A stretch of DNA of 64,000 nt from an uncultured Planctomycetota bacterium (GCA_963849325.1 CAWKHF010000011.1:32001-96000), one strand, 5' to 3'. Positions 31,052 through 43,225 are shown, counted from the first letter of the stretch. The notes: generated by a model from the sequence alone, not told the origin. Numbers and translations are program-made.

Positions 31052-32146
31052 TCAAAGGGCCGAAAGAGAGTTTCTGCGACTGTCCAATACCCTGCCGGCG
31101 AGGGCCACAAATCGATCACGAAAGTGTGCGTAGGTGAATCGATCGAGAAACCATTGGTAAGCGGCCGCCCCGTAAGCGGCGGCATTCGGCCCCGTCACGT
31201 CGAGTATGGCCTCAAGGAGTTGGTCCTGGTTGGTCGGGTCCACGACCCGGCCAGCGACCCGGTCGGGAATAATTTCGGCTCCCGCGTCTGTCGAGCCGGC
31301 AAGGACAGGTCGGCCAAACCTCATGGCTTCTAGATAAACCAGTCCGAAGCCTTCTTGCCGGGACGTGAGGGAAAAACACGTACAATGTTTATAATATCGA
31401 TTCAGAGTGTTATTATCGACCTGGCCAAGGAATCGGACGTCGGCCCCTGCCTGCTTGGCTACGGCTTCCAGTCTCGGGCGATCCGAACCATCGCCGACGA
31501 GCACAAGTTTGAGGCGAGGACGGTGTTGTCGCAACCGCGGCCACACACCCAACAATTCGTCGAATCCCTTGCCGCGCTCGGTGCCCTCCATTCGCCCGAC
31601 GCTCAGGACGTAGGGTTGGTCTTCTGGGGAGTGGGTATTTCCCGGCGGATCATCCGGCGCAAGGGGAACGCCGAGATGACAGACTTCATGGGGCAAGTTA
31701 GCCATCCAGGGATTGAATGTCCGCGCCCTGTTGCGAGTGTGGTCCGAAATGGACGCCAACCGATCAATTCGACGCAGACCCCAACGCGCCGGCCAGGGCA
31801 GAGGCCGCCAGGCCTCGACTCCGTAGAGCATCACCAAAGTCGGGGGGTGTCGGACGCACAGCGAAAGCAGTCGGGCATAATTCAAGTGCATGAGCAAGAC
31901 GGCGTCCCACCGGTTCCCGTTGATGAGCCTGAGCAACGCGGCGCCCATTCGCGCGCGCCTGCCGTCCGCTCCAAAGCACGGCTCGCCGACAGCGGACGCG
32001 AGAGTACACGTGGCATCCATCTGAGATACCACATGAATTTGGCCGGCCGAACCGAATACCTCGCGGAGGGCCTGCAGAGCGAGACGGTTGCAATACTGAA
32101 TCCCCCCATAGCCCAGAAGGTCGGGAGTCACAAAGAGTATTTGCAT
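31052..32146 (-). CDS. Glycosyltransferase family 4
   Basis: GYGGIQ, LSVGRM...KGFD, EGFGLVYLEAM. Confidence 0.92.
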   Translation of the reverse strand: MQILFVTPDLLGYGGIQYCNRLALQALREVFGSAGQIHVVSQMDATCTLASAVGEPCFGADGRRARMGAALLRLINGNRWDAVLLMHLNYARLLSLCVRHPPTLVMLYGVEAWRPLPWPARWGLRRIDRLASISDHTRNRARTFNPWMANLPHEVCHLGVPLAPDDPPGNTHSPEDQPYVLSVGRMEGTERGKGFDELLGVWPRLRQHRPRLKLVLVGDGSDRPRLEAVAKQAGADVRFLGQVDNNTLNRYYKHCTCFSLTSRQEGFGLVYLEAMRFGRPVLAGSTDAGAEIIPDRVAGRVVDPTNQDQLLEAILDVTGPNAAAYGAAAYQWFLDRFTYAHFRDRFVALAGRVLDSRRNSLSAL

Positions 32147-32231
32147 CGAGGGAACGCGCGATGAGGATTCAACCGGTTTTTGCCGCCGAACCGAGTGGTA
32201 GATCAAGAGGTCTAAAACGGCCGTTATAGAA

Positions 32232-33053
32232 TTAGGAAGAAGTGTCCTTAACAGGCAGATACGGATTATCGGAGGGATTGCGGCCCCTCATAATAAATAC
32301 GATCCACCGATAAAACGCGATTCCCGTGACGTTTTTCGCCAGCCAATCCGCACCTTCGGGAAAACTGGCGAGCGTTGTCCAGCGTAACTCAGGAACGCCG
32401 CGCGGCCAATAGAATACTTTATCGATAATTTTTTTCAGACGATTGACGGTTCGCAACCTTGTATCGTCAACCGCTCCTCCGGTATCTTCGATAACATAGA
32501 TACCGTGGTCGGACATTCGGGGAAATAGATAGTTGAAAGTCCTAATTTGGTGCTCGACGACGTGGCTGCCGTCATCGATGACGACATCAAGACCACTACC
32601 GATTTCGCTTACACAAGCACTTAAAAAGGAAAGATCCGACTGGTCCCCAATAAAGATTTTCACCCTTCCGGTCTCATAGTCTTTACATTTTGGATTAATG
32701 TCAACTCCGTATACGGCCGCGTTCGGGAAGAATTCTTCCCACATGCGGATGGATCGATCCGATTCGACGCCGATCTCCAGAACGGTTCGTACTCTTTCGC
32801 GAACGTCACGAAGATGCAGCCAGTAGTACGTTAGATAATTATGTAACCTTTTCGTAGGTTTGTACTTTTCTCCCAGTTCGGTCAATGGATTGGGAGAAGA
32901 AACCCAATTCGGATACGGACTGGGAACGGATTGCGCCGGAAGAGAAGACGTTTGAATTTGCGGCACCGGGTAGTAATTTTGGTGCATATACGAAAGCCAA
33001 GTCTTGGCTCCAGAGGGTAGTATTGTCCTCGCCAGGCGTCGCAACAACGACAT
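32232..33053 (-). CDS. Class I SAM-dependent O-methyltransferase (sugar O-MT-like; AT-rich gene)
   Basis: VLEIGV...SIRMW...YGVDI...GDQSD...DVVIDDGSH...GIYVIED. Confidence 0.82.
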   Translation of the reverse strand: MSLLRRLARTILPSGAKTWLSYMHQNYYPVPQIQTSSLPAQSVPSPYPNWVSSPNPLTELGEKYKPTKRLHNYLTYYWLHLRDVRERVRTVLEIGVESDRSIRMWEEFFPNAAVYGVDINPKCKDYETGRVKIFIGDQSDLSFLSACVSEIGSGLDVVIDDGSHVVEHQIRTFNYLFPRMSDHGIYVIEDTGGAVDDTRLRTVNRLKKIIDKVFYWPRGVPELRWTTLASFPEGADWLAKNVTGIAFYRWIVFIMRGRNPSDNPYLPVKDTSS

Positions 33054-33067
33054 AATCGGAGCTCCGT

Positions 33068-34285
33068 CATCGAATGACAATGCGATTGGACACAATCGCA
33101 ATGAATAGGGGGCCGCTCATCGAAAACAGGATCAGAATGCCGATTACCCGGATTGGCTGCACTTCGGAATGGAGTCGTTCGATGAGAATCCTCCAACTCC
33201 GCGGAGGCGGCGTCCACATCGACCCTTTGGGCCGACGCCCGGACCACCTCTCTGCTTATCCGGGCCTCCGCGAGAGAGTGGAGCGCTTGGGCGATGGCCT
33301 GCGGGTCGCCGATCGGGACGAGTTGCCCCGAAACGCCGGGGACGACTAGTTCGTGGGCCGCTCCGACGTTGACGCCGGCAACGACCGGCACGCCGCACGC
33401 CAGGGCCTCGGCCACACTGATCTCCCAGGCGGCCGGATCTGCCAGATGAACGAAGGCATCGGCTGCTCCGTAGTAACCAGGCAACTTCTCGTAGCGGACA
33501 TAACCGGGCAGCCGAACGGCGTTCTGAAGCGAGAGAGATTGGATCGTCGCCTCGACCTGAGGGCGCAAAGGCCCGTCGCCGATAAGGACGAGAAAGGCCG
33601 CAGGCACAAGCTTGCGCAGTAGAGCAAACGCTTTGAGCAAAAGCAGGGGATTTTCTCGCGTCGACCACTTCTTGACCGCCAGCACGAGGAATACCCCCTG
33701 TCCCGCTTCGGCGCGGATGGTTTGCGAAATGGCTTGTTGGGACTTCATGTTGGTTTGCCACCAGCGCACGTCGATCGGATAGAACCAGCGTGCGATGCGT
33801 TCTCGCCTCACGCCCGCACTCTCCAGAGAGGCAATGCCAAGGGAGCCGGTCGTCAAGAAGCCGTCAAATACATGGTTCTTGATGATGCGATGCCAGAGGG
33901 CAGACGGCCGGAGCGCTTGCAAACCGGAGGGGATCGGGTCGATTTTGTCCGTTGACAGAATGATCGGGATGCGCCGTCGCTTCCCCGCCCAGACCGCCAG
34001 CCACGCGGCTCGGCCCGTCCAGCCGTAAGTCAGAATGGCGCTCGGCGCGGGCTGGAGGTTTTGCAGCCGCGCGACGATTTCTCGTTGGTCGATCACCTCC
34101 GACCGATGACGGGCGTTGTCTGGCGTCGGCCAGGACACCGATCGCTGTATCTCGGTGTCGCGCGGCGCTGTCCCTTGTAAATACCAGACGAGAGGTTCGA
34201 CCTTGCCCCGATCGGCCATTCGCGCCCACAGAAAGGGATCATACTGAGTCGCATGCTTCAGGATGCAGACTAAACGATGCGTCAT
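33068..34285 (-). CDS. Glycosyltransferase family 4; 3' end uncertain (probable frameshift near 33185)
   Basis: LVLIGDGPLR, LPGYV, YYGAADAFV, WEISVAEALACGVPVV. Confidence 0.85.
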
Positions 34286-34292
34286 GGTTTTT

Positions 34293-35111
34293 TTAACGAG
34301 AAGTAGGCTGACAGTACCAAACGGAACGAAACCGTCTCATGGAGAAGCCGTTGCGTTGCAGGGCGCGGGAGACCAGCTCCAGGTTGGACGGCCCGTGTAT
34401 TTCGATGATGAGCAAATCCACCGCCGACAACCAGGTCTCCGGACTCGAAGAGAAAACCAGCTCTTCGGCACCCTCGATGTCCAGTTTCAAAATGCTAACC
34501 CGTGGGATCAGGTACTCCTTTAGCAGAGTAGGTATACTGACTCCTTCCACGGCAAAGCCCTCGGCCCGGACGGACGCACCCGTGGAATCCCCGCCGAACC
34601 GGAGTTGTTGGTCGGTCCCGCACAGCGCCTTTTGGAGCAGCACGGCGCGCTCGCCGTAAGGACGGAGGTTATCACACGCCAGCGCATAATTGGAAGGATC
34701 GGGCTCCAGGGCAATGACTTTCAGCCGTGGGAACCGCGACAGGAAGTAGGCCGCCGTATCCCCGATATTCGCCCCGGCATCGATCATGAACCCCGGGTCG
34801 GCAGGTGATTGAAAGTCACCGTATTCTTCTCGGATGATGTTGTTGACCACCGTGGCTACGTCCTCGGTGCCGGGCCGGACGAGGATTGGGAACCGGATGT
34901 TACGAAGGGTGACTGGGACCGCCGCAGAGGGCCCGGGCGAACCTGTCCGCAACCGCCTGAGCAGGGAATAGGTTTTCAGGCCCTCTTTGGACCAGACGGA
35001 GAGCAGGTCGAGCGCGGACGCGCCGGCACCATACAGCCTCGTGTTGTAGCCAAGGGCACTTCGAATCACCCGACGAATACCTTCGATCCTCAAGGCCCGG
35101 TCCCCTTCCAA
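34293..35111 (-). CDS. FkbM family methyltransferase
   Basis: IDAGANIG, ALEPD, LKLDIEGAE, IIEIH. Confidence 0.92.
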   Translation of the reverse strand: MEGDRALRIEGIRRVIRSALGYNTRLYGAGASALDLLSVWSKEGLKTYSLLRRLRTGSPGPSAAVPVTLRNIRFPILVRPGTEDVATVVNNIIREEYGDFQSPADPGFMIDAGANIGDTAAYFLSRFPRLKVIALEPDPSNYALACDNLRPYGERAVLLQKALCGTDQQLRFGGDSTGASVRAEGFAVEGVSIPTLLKEYLIPRVSILKLDIEGAEELVFSSSPETWLSAVDLLIIEIHGPSNLELVSRALQRNGFSMRRFRSVWYCQPTSR

Positions 35112-35122
35112 ATATTAAGCGG

Positions 35123-36370
35123 TTACCGCTGTTTGCTCAGGATTTCCATGACGAGATTTCGAAAAGCGGCGCGATAGTGGTCCCAGGTCCAACGTTGGGC
35201 CAGATCGTATGCTGCCCGGCCCATCTCCGCTGTCTCGGCGGGTCGAGAGAGCAGACGGTCAAGAACGGCACCAAGGGCGGCGTCATCCCCGTGCGGGTAG
35301 ATCAACCCTTCCTGACCCTGGGTGATGAATCCTGGTGCGCCGGTGTGGGTGCTGGCGATTACGGGCAGGCCATAAGACAGGGCTTCGTTCATAACAAGCC
35401 CGAAGCCATCCGCGGCCGAGGGAAAAACAAACACCCTGGCGGTCGCGTAGTGAAGAGATAATTCGCTCCACGGGAGAGAAGGAATGTGCTCGTAAAGGCC
35501 TGCGAAGTCGGCGAACGCTGCTGCTGGCAGTAGAGGCTTTCCGATCAATCGCAGGGTGTGTGTGCGATGAGCGCCCAAGCGCTTCCATACCCTCAGGAGC
35601 CGAAGAGTACCCTTTTGCAGGCTGAGACGGCCGGTACACAACACGATGGGCTTACGAGTCGGGGTGGCCCGAGCGAGCCGGGTACTTGGCGCACAGCCGT
35701 AAGGGATGATGGTGATTCGCTTCTCCGGAATGCCGATCTTCTGGAGACTCGACCGAACAAAGGGGGACGCCACGACGATGTGATCCGCCAGGAGGGCTTC
35801 CTGGTCCTTGCGTCTTAGCCGCCTGCGGGTGTACTCCGCGCGGCAGTCATACGAAACACTTGCCTGGGGGAACTCGGCCAATTCGGTAGCCATGATCTCT
35901 CGCCGGGTCGCGTAATGCGGGGTCGGCAAATCGTACAAACACATACGGCCAGCCGATTTCGCGACCTGGAATAAGCGGAGAACAGCGTCTTCGCGACCCA
36001 TCACGAGCCGGATCCCCCGATCCAGCTGCCGGCTCGCCTCACGGCCTAGCGCGGCCCCCCAGAAGTCACTACCGGCAGGATCGACGCCAACCGCTCCGAG
36101 CCATTGACCGAGACGCACCCATGATTCGCTCCAGGGGTGGCAACTCATCGCACCCTTGGAAATGTTACGCAACACATGGTTCTGGGCGCGAGGAAGGAAC
36201 CGCGTACCGGCAAACCGATCGAGGAACCCAAGCACCCGTGCGGCCTTCCCTTCCCCATGGAAGGCCAGCGAGCAGACCAACCGGCGCAGCAACCGTCCTT
36301 CCACCAGGGCGGAAACATAGTTTCGGACGTCCTGAGACAAAGTAAGGCGCAACACATAAAACAGATGCAT
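35123..36370 (-). CDS. Glycosyltransferase family 4
   Basis: GRLSLQKG, FVFPSAADGFGLVMNEALSYGLPVI. Confidence 0.9.
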   Translation of the reverse strand: MHLFYVLRLTLSQDVRNYVSALVEGRLLRRLVCSLAFHGEGKAARVLGFLDRFAGTRFLPRAQNHVLRNISKGAMSCHPWSESWVRLGQWLGAVGVDPAGSDFWGAALGREASRQLDRGIRLVMGREDAVLRLFQVAKSAGRMCLYDLPTPHYATRREIMATELAEFPQASVSYDCRAEYTRRRLRRKDQEALLADHIVVASPFVRSSLQKIGIPEKRITIIPYGCAPSTRLARATPTRKPIVLCTGRLSLQKGTLRLLRVWKRLGAHRTHTLRLIGKPLLPAAAFADFAGLYEHIPSLPWSELSLHYATARVFVFPSAADGFGLVMNEALSYGLPVIASTHTGAPGFITQGQEGLIYPHGDDAALGAVLDRLLSRPAETAEMGRAAYDLAQRWTWDHYRAAFRNLVMEILSKQR

Positions 36371-36463
36371 TCATCGAACGACTTTACGAGTCAAGAATGT
36401 TGAGTAACCGTTCACGGGGGACGCGATTCACGCCCGGCATCCACGCCGTCTGAGTCAACGAAC

Positions 36464-37736
36464 TCAAAACGTCTCGGACTTGGAGGGAAGTTGGGCTTTA
36501 CCTTTATCCGCATCGAGGAAGAGCATCCGTCCCCTTGCGGTCGGGCCAAATCGGTCTGGTCCCACAAGCAGCCGCGTGCAGACCCTTCGTACCAACTCAG
36601 TCTTCGCCTCTGTCATCCAGGCGAGAAAAGCAGCGATACCGAGGGTCAAGGCGATGATCGCCACGTACAAGCTGAAAGAAGTCGGACTGAGCACCCACCG
36701 TTCGGCGCCAGGGACGCACCCTCGGCAGAAAACCAAGATCGGCAAATGGACGACATAGAGCGTAAAGGAGAAACCGGCGATCCGGGCGGCCAGTCGGGAA
36801 TAAACCGACTCAGGGCAGAGTGAACGGTAGTGAAGGAGGCAATAAACGACGAAAAAGAACGCGAGAGTGGGCAAGAGTTCCGCTCCGACAAGCCCGGTCA
36901 GGATTTTTTGCCGCACCAACATCAGCGCAGGCAAAGGTCAGTATGCTAAGTCCCGTAGCCGCGCGGAGCCTAGTGGGCTTGCCGGACAAGCACTGGGGCA
37001 GCAGAGGCAGGGCGGCCCCTAAAAGCCAAACTAGGAAGTAGAAAACGTGGTTCCGGCCGAGGAAAACGAGCAGGATAGTCATCAGAAGGAAACCGGCAGC
37101 CCGTCTCCACAATGGCAGCGGGAAAACGATCGAAACAACGAGCAGAGGAAAGAGGGCGTAGTACCAACATTCGTTGCTAAGGCTCCACAGGGCGGAATTC
37201 GATCCCAACGGCGGGAACGCCACGGTCTGTAGCGCGCATAGATTGCCGAGCACAATCTGTTGCCCAAGCCGCGCCTCGACAGGACAGGGCACAGCGTTCG
37301 AAAGCGTTCCCTGGTAGACGGGACTGTCGGCGAACAGGAACAGACCCAGCCAGTCGAGGGCCAGCGTCAGCAACAGGCCAGGAACGAGGACCAGATAGAT
37401 GCGGCAGCCGCGGTCGATCCCATAGGAAGACCAGGACCAGGCGCCGTCTCTGCACTTTTTATATACACTGGCGGAAATGAAAAAACCGCTCAACACGAAG
37501 AACACCAAGACGGCCTCGTGCCCAAGACCTGTGACAGCGTAAATGAACTTTCCGACCCAACCTACCGGATCGCCTTGGCTGTAGTCACGGAAGAACAAAC
37601 TGCGGCCGTGGCCGAGGACCACAAGAATAGCAGACACGCCACGGACTGCATTCAGGTGGATGGCGACGGCCGTCCCACGCTCGCTGGCGACGATACCGAA
37701 GCCGCTCAACAAATTGGGTGAACGCTGTCGCGTCAC
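36464..37736 (-). CDS. Acyltransferase family 3 (OafA-like membrane O-acyltransferase); frameshift near 36925
   Basis: HLNAVRGVSAILVVLGH, AVLVFFVLSGFFI, RIY, NSALWSLSNECWYYALFP; C-terminal FSFTLYVVHLP in ORF 36464..36934. Confidence 0.85.
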
Positions 37737-37746
37737 GTCAGAATCC

Positions 37747-39160
37747 TCACGCCTCAGTCTCGAAGCCTGGACGAAGTTCGGATACGGGATCGGACATTGT
37801 CGAGTACAGAGATGGCACCCGACGCAGAGCATTGCGGCTGGACGGGCGGATCCTGCCCGCTTCCACTTCAAAGGTCGCCAGGACCATCACTCCGACTGTC
37901 CAGGCATAGAAGCAGCCTACATGGTTGAACACCAGCAGATTGCCCACGAAGAAGAAGCCGAGAGTCAACAGACTGGTCGCTTGTAAATTCGGGAACAGGG
38001 AATGAGGTTGAAATCGCTCCCGAATGAAGGCCTGCCAAACCTCCAACAGAAACGCCATACGTATGATCAACACTCCCAACAATCCCACGAACCCGACCTC
38101 GACAATGATCCGCCCATATTCCATTTCAAACAAGGCCTCCTTTGGTAGCTCTCCTGCTCCACCCGCACTTTGAGTCTCGCAAGTCTGGCACCGACCGAGG
38201 CCGAGTCCGAACGGTGCAACCTCCAGAGCGCCAAAGAAATGATCGATATACATCTGGATCCGCTGCTCCATCGAATCCGCTTTCGAATGTCGGCGGAAGG
38301 TTTCGGTAGCCAGTCCGGGTTCACCGTCCGTGATCGCATCGAAGGAAAGAATCGGCCATACCGGAAGGACGAGGGCCACGAAGAGTGCGATGATCCAGGG
38401 CCCGCCGCGACTCAGAATGATAGTACCTGCCAGCACGATCAGGGAAGCGAACAGGCCTAGGCGAGAGATGGCGGCTGCGGCACAACTGAGAGCAGCGACG
38501 AGGATGGCGATTCCCAACAGCTTGGACTTCCGACCCGAGAAAAAAAAGGAGCAGGCTGTCCACGTCCCAAGCACGGACAAATCCATCATCCCGCCGATGT
38601 ACACGAATGGCCCACAGGCGCGACACGTGCGAATCGGACTCGAGGACATGGTGCTGGTCATCGAGCTGCCGATTCAGAAAGTGGGAAGGCGGGACGTTGA
38701 ACTGAATCGCGCCAAGCAGGGCGGAGCCGACGCAGAGCACCCCGATCACCTTGCCAAGAAACTCCAGGTCGCGGACCTTCCCCACGGCGGGTGCGATGAC
38801 GAGGGCCAGGAGGGGCATTCCAATCATCGCTTTGAAAGACACGATCCCTCCGATTAGCGCTATGTCGAAGAGGTGGCTCAGGATCCCAACCACGATGAGG
38901 CCCACCCCCAAAAGAAAGGGCGAGCGCAGCCCGATGACCTGCTCAGACGATTCCCTGTGGCGCGAGGCGGTCAGCGCTGCCAGGATCCAGAACACGTCCT
39001 TGGCAAAATAGGTGATCGCCTGAACCGCTCCTCCCGAATTGGGCAGTACCCACTTCCGCACCACTCCGTCCAGGGTGCAGCAAATGAGACCGGCGGCAAG
39101 CAACTTGGCCGTCAGGGAAATCGGAACGACCGCGGACGTAGGACCGGATTGTTGCGGCAC
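37747..39160 (-). CDS. Polytopic membrane protein, probable Wzy-type polymerase / O-antigen ligase family; frameshift near 38625
   Basis: About 10-12 TM segments over two ORFs, DGVVRKW, PFGLGLG, EMEYGRIIVEVGFVG; lies inside the polysaccharide locus. Confidence 0.65.
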
Positions 39161-39166
39161 CTCGAT

Positions 39167-40327
39167 CTACTCCCTTTTGCATCCTGAACCAGCTTCCCCG
39201 TCAACGGCAAAGAGTTGCATTCTCTCCACAGCTTCCCGAGCCAGTCGGTCCCAGCTGCAGGTTTGCTCCACGTGTCGCCGCAACATTTTTTGCCGGCAGC
39301 TTGTTTCCGGAGAACGAACGGACGACCAATCCCACTCTTCCGCCGAAAAGACAGGAAGTTCCTGGTCGTCCTTATCGACAGGGCCCGGTGGAACAATGAC
39401 AGCCAGCCCGGCAGCTCCGAATGCCTTGAACGCGGTACTTTTTCCCAAATCACTGCGCGGTGTGGCGCAAAGGCCAACGTCGCAACACGCCAGGATCTCG
39501 GCGACTTCCTTGGTCGGGCGGTAGCCGAGGACCTCAAAGGAGGCCGGGCGGGCGAATTTCCTACGCCACTCGGAAAACGCTCCCGGGGGCTGAAGGCTGT
39601 CGCCGCCGAGGCAGATGATCCGATCCAGTCCGCGGCCGAGGCCGCGCGTTAGCAGATCTTCAAAAGTCCTCAAAGCCATAAGCTGAGTCCCGAAGGAACC
39701 AAAGGCCGCCGCGACAACCTCGCCGTCCTCCCAACCAAGCCTCTTCCGCCCTGTCTGCCGCTGTTGGGGTGTAGCCGGCTCGATCGGAATGTTGGTGCCG
39801 ACAGGAAGCAGGAAGGCGCGCTCCGCTGGGATCCCATATTCCGCAATGGCCTGTTCCCGGTAGCGAGCGATGGAGGCGAAAACCACGTCCCCCAGGCGAG
39901 CCACGGTCCCCACGGTGTAACGCTGCCACGGCGACAAAAGCGGCCCCTTGATTCCCAGCTGATGAGGACGGCAGTGGGTCTCGTGAAGGTAGATCGCCAG
40001 GCGGACTTTTCCCACCGAATGCCTCAATCCGCGCAGGGCCTTCCCGAGCAGATAGGGAGCCCCCCAGCGGGAATAGCCGTAACCGGAGACCTGGACCCAA
40101 AGCCAGTCGGGGTTTTGCCGGTCAACACATTCCCGCAGCGATTTCTTCCCTCCATCCCAGAAATCCACCTCTCCCTCGGGAAGATCAAACTCCGTTTGTC
40201 GATCTTGGTGGATAAACCCAACTCTTACACCCTGACCCAGCATGGTCTCGGCCATCCTTTGGGTGTGGTCCCCCACGCCGCATACCCGGGGTGGAAAACG
40301 CGGGGCCAGAAAGGTTACCTTGATCAT
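39167..40327 (-). CDS. Glycosyltransferase (GT-B, GT4-like)
   Basis: FPPRVCGVGDHT, YGYSRWG, LHE, PVGTNI, KSTAFKA. Confidence 0.75.
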   Translation of the reverse strand: MIKVTFLAPRFPPRVCGVGDHTQRMAETMLGQGVRVGFIHQDRQTEFDLPEGEVDFWDGGKKSLRECVDRQNPDWLWVQVSGYGYSRWGAPYLLGKALRGLRHSVGKVRLAIYLHETHCRPHQLGIKGPLLSPWQRYTVGTVARLGDVVFASIARYREQAIAEYGIPAERAFLLPVGTNIPIEPATPQQRQTGRKRLGWEDGEVVAAAFGSFGTQLMALRTFEDLLTRGLGRGLDRIICLGGDSLQPPGAFSEWRRKFARPASFEVLGYRPTKEVAEILACCDVGLCATPRSDLGKSTAFKAFGAAGLAVIVPPGPVDKDDQELPVFSAEEWDWSSVRSPETSCRQKMLRRHVEQTCSWDRLAREAVERMQLFAVDGEAGSGCKRE

Positions 40328-40407
40328 GCCTTGTTCCGCTGCCCCATCGACCTCGCCTGGCTATTCGCGCCGCGACATTTCAAGTGGAACGGCATAGCAG
40401 TTCATAA

Positions 40408-40496
40408 GAGGCTCTAACAAAATGTGGCAACACGTTTTCAACGTGTTGGATTGTACGGCACGTTACAAACGTGCCGCCACATTCGGTTCGTGCCTC
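40408..40496 (+). mobile_element. 89-bp MITE-like element, copy 1; TAA target duplication
   Basis: Ends GAGGCTCTAAC...GTTCGTGCCTC (imperfect TIR); TAA at 40405-40407 and 40497-40499; internal palindrome; 88/89 identical to the inverted copy at 47291. Confidence 0.82.
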
Positions 40497-40540
40497 TAAG
40501 CGCCACGAAACCGGGCTTGTCGGCAAAACGTGAGGGTCTC

Positions 40541-41679
40541 TTACTTTCGCATTTGGGTCTGGGCAATTGCGGCGCTCGCGGCCCTCAAGAACTGGTCTGC
40601 CGACCGCCTCCAGGAAAATGATCGCGCCTTCTCTCGGGCGGCCGCGCCGAGACGAGCTACAAGGGCTGGCTCCTCGATGAGTCGGAGGATACACGCGGTC
40701 AGGGCATCCGGCTCGCCTGGTTCGACCAGCATCCCATTCTCCTCGTGGCGGATGAAGTCTTTCATTCCACAGGTGTTCGTGGTCACGAGGGCCAACTCGG
40801 CGGCAGCGGCTTCGAGAAGGCTGAGCGGTTGGCCCTCGAACACCGAGGGAAGCAGGAAAATGCGATGGACCTGCAGTATCCGCGCCAGTTCCTTATCATC
40901 CTGGATCAAGGGGACAACCCGAATGCGATGGTGAAGTTCGCGTGGAAAACATGCAAGGACTTTCTCGATTGGCACCCGGACCCCGGCCAAGGTCACGGGA
41001 GTCGCGGGGTGTTTCTCGAGCACTCGAACGACGGCGGGAACCAGATCGAGGGTTCCCTTTCGCTCCATCCAGGTAGCGACGAACAGGATGCCCGTCGGAG
41101 CGCCATCATCGTCCCGCTTCAGGTCGAACAAGGAAGGAGATGCCGCTCCATGCAGGAAACTGATTCGCTCGGCGGGAACATGCAGCTGGCACCGTATATA
41201 TTCCGCGTCCTCCTCCGTTTCGACGGTGATGTGGTCCGCGTGCCGAAGAGCATAATTCGATTGCCACAGCACCGGCAAAGAGCCGATCCGCTGCTTGCAC
41301 GTAATCGGCAACCCCTTCTTGCGCATAAGCGTACATCAGCTTCCGTCCCCGGGCCTCCACGCCATAGACACACACAAGGAGCGGGGGAAGCGCCCGGTCG
41401 AACCGGCGGGCGAAGGCATACGCCGCGGCGATCGGTTCATGGATTTCCACCGCATCATACTTGTGCCCTCCCGAGAGCCTTTCCCGGACGAGCCGGACGA
41501 CGGCTCGGGGAAGGGCGAAGCGGCGGAGTCGTCCCGTGGTCCGGCAGGGGATGTGGTCGTGAAACGCATGGTCGATCCCATGCCCCTCGGCACGAAGTTC
41601 ATCCGAGACGAAATGGATGTACCGCGACATTCCGCCAAGACGATCGTCCGGGATGTCGGCGACGCGCAAAAAAATTCAT
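40541..41679 (-). CDS. Glycosyltransferase family 4; frameshifts near 41670 and 41330
   Basis: DIPDDRLGGMSRY, EIHEP, LFVATWMERKG, LPSVFEGQPLSLLEA. Confidence 0.85.
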
Positions 41680-41711
41680 GAAGTCCCCAAAATGTCCGTC
41701 TTACATAGCAA

Positions 41712-42552
41712 TCAAAAGGTTGCCCGAGCAGGATGCCAGTAAAGCAAATGACCTTCTTTCACCAGGCAGTTTTCTACCCCGTCCAGGTTCTCCACCCGAT
41801 ATCCCAAGTTCGTCAAGCTGGCGAATCGATCTTCCACTTGCTCTCGACTCAGACCGAGTTCCCGCCAGTAGTGCGGGTGAGTTTCGATGAGGAGGTCCGG
41901 GGTAGATCGTTGGATCGTTTCTCGGGCGCCATCAAGCACGTGCCCTTCATATCCTTCGAACGTCGATCTTGAGGAACGTGGGGACAATCCCGCGAGACTG
42001 ACAAAAGGCGTCCACGGTGGTGACGGGGACAAGCTGAGAGTCTCCGCCGGGAACGGCGGAGGCGGCGACCGAAGCGTGCCCGGGACATTTGGCCGTGTAG
42101 TGGAACAGGATCTCTCCGACGGTGTTTCCGACCGCGGACTGGATTACCTCGACTCGATCCGCTAACTGATTCAGGTTGACGTGATGTCGCAACCTGTCCG
42201 CGGTCTGGATCGCCGGCTCGAAGGCAAACACCTTCCCGGCGGCCCCCACCCATCGCGCCAGAAGCAGAGCGTACATCCCCACGTTCGCCCCCAGATCCAG
42301 AACGACCGCTCCCTCGCGAACACGTTTTTTCATGGCACGGAAGCTGCCCTCGTCTTTGTCCTCGGGAACATCGCGGGCCTGCAGGGAGAAGAACAAGGCC
42401 GGCTCGCCGTGAATGTATCGAGGTATCCCTCCGCGGTAGAATAGGCTGAGCAAACGATGGTACGCGGGGCGAGTCGTTGCGACCATCCAGCCCAATCCCG
42501 TCGAGTTCAACCCCCGCCGCGCCCTCTCGAAGATGCGTTCAACTATATGCAT
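41712..42552 (-). CDS. FkbM family methyltransferase; frameshift near 41960
   Basis: LDLGANVG, FAFEP, FLKIDV then EGYEGHVLDGA...LLIETHP in the next frame. Confidence 0.88.
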
Positions 42553-42619
42553 AGGTTGTAGCTACCCGTCGCGGACGCTCCGGTCTAATGAGTTGAGAAA
42601 TATTCAAGACCGGATATCG

Positions 42620-43225
42620 TCATGCTCCGGCCTGAAGCACGGTGAGAGAATCAACCTCATCAATGACGGCGAAGCGAGGGTCCAGCCGGATCACTTCTTG
42701 CGTATACCGAATGCTATCTTGCGGAACGTCCTTGCCCGAGCACGGGCGACTGTCATGGAGAGCGATAATCCCGCCGGACCCAACCAGCGAGGACCATCCC
42801 TTCCAATCGGCATCGATGCCTGCCCACGTGTGGTCCCCATCAATGAAAATAAAATCGATGGGCGGTTGGTCCTGTTCGGCGTACCAGGCCGCCGCATCCG
42901 CTCCGGTCAGGCGGACGAAGCGAACCGCGCCGTTCGCGGATCGCCCGATCGTGTTCCGGGAGATCCGTTCATCCAAACAGAAGCCGAGTCGTCCCGGTGG
43001 AAACGGGTCCACGGCCCAGAGGATCCCGTCCGAGGCCATGTTCCGGCGAAGTTCCAGGGTGGTCACACCGTTGAAGACCCCGATTTCGACCAGGCGGCGT
43101 CGTCCCGTTGCATGTCGTGCCAGGGTGGCTCGTTCGGCGGAGGTCGTCTGCGTCTGAGGCTTCAGGAGACCGCAGTACCAAAGCATGGTTCGGACAGCGG
43201 TTCGGTGTCTGAGATTCAATTTCAC
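42620..43225 (-). CDS. Class I SAM-dependent methyltransferase (Methyltransf_24-like)
   Basis: LVEIGVFNGVT, AVDPF, IDFIFIDGDHT, GGIIALHD. Confidence 0.9.
   Translation of the reverse strand: MKLNLRHRTAVRTMLWYCGLLKPQTQTTSAERATLARHATGRRRLVEIGVFNGVTTLELRRNMASDGILWAVDPFPPGRLGFCLDERISRNTIGRSANGAVRFVRLTGADAAAWYAEQDQPPIDFIFIDGDHTWAGIDADWKGWSSLVGSGGIIALHDSRPCSGKDVPQDSIRYTQEVIRLDPRFAVIDEVDSLTVLQAGA

Noticed and set aside
40380-40694. Duplicated small ORF MATRFQRVGLYGTLQTCRHIR (40424 and 47363) as a peptide gene family
   Set aside because: The shared sequence is the translation of the 89-bp MITE, and the ORFs diverge immediately outside it.
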